A stretch of DNA of 63,755 nt, filler included, from Octopus bimaculoides (lineage: Eukaryota): assembly GCF_001194135.2 (NCBI RefSeq). It is 8 parts of 8 records of this genome, joined end to end, with 100 filler letters (N's around TTAATTAATTAA, not from the genome) between each part and the next. Parts side by side here need not be neighbours in the genome. Positions count along the whole stretch, not along the records: positions 62,571 to 63,755 come from NC_068984.1; 7 more parts are not named here. One strand, 5' to 3'. Below are positions 63,710 through 63,755 of this stretch, one piece after another (positions within the stretch are counted from its first letter, which is position 1; the number at the start of each line of letters is the position of its first letter). The translations under genes and the position numbers were made by a program. Under the pieces are notes generated by a model. It saw nothing but the letters and a program-made list of their open reading frames with translations, was not told the DNA's origin and ran no database searches.

Positions 63710-63755
<46 letters not shown>

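Overview
AT-rich eukaryotic DNA, almost certainly cephalopod (Octopus-like; inferred from the SINE families and extreme microsatellite density). It is a gappy draft assembly: at least 8 pieces joined by artificial 100-nt linkers (44 N + TTAATTAATTAA + 44 N), plus many ordinary N gaps. Nearly all ORF-track entries are microsatellite or N-run artefacts. The one confident host coding exon is a 108-nt, phase 1-1 LDL-receptor class A exon (40792-40899, minus); a few weaker exon candidates exist. The rest is a mobile-element graveyard: three tRNA-headed SINE families plus a separate (ATG)n-tailed repeat family, RTE and R4/Dong-type LINE fragments, Tc1 and mariner relics, and at least three lineages of Penelope-like elements (PLEs). 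The most interesting signal is absent from the ORF track: about ten minimal type I hammerhead ribozyme (HHR) motifs from several families. They include a long-stem HHR downstream of a PLE GIY-YIG ORF, a three-HHR cluster containing an inverted pair at 12.1-12.4 kb, and a dispersed ~160-bp non-coding element whose two copies share the same A6U core change (retrozyme-like). An R4/Dong retrotransposon has also inserted into an (AAT)n Asn-coding tract inside a PLE. All alignments and folds were done by eye; repeat boundaries are approximate.
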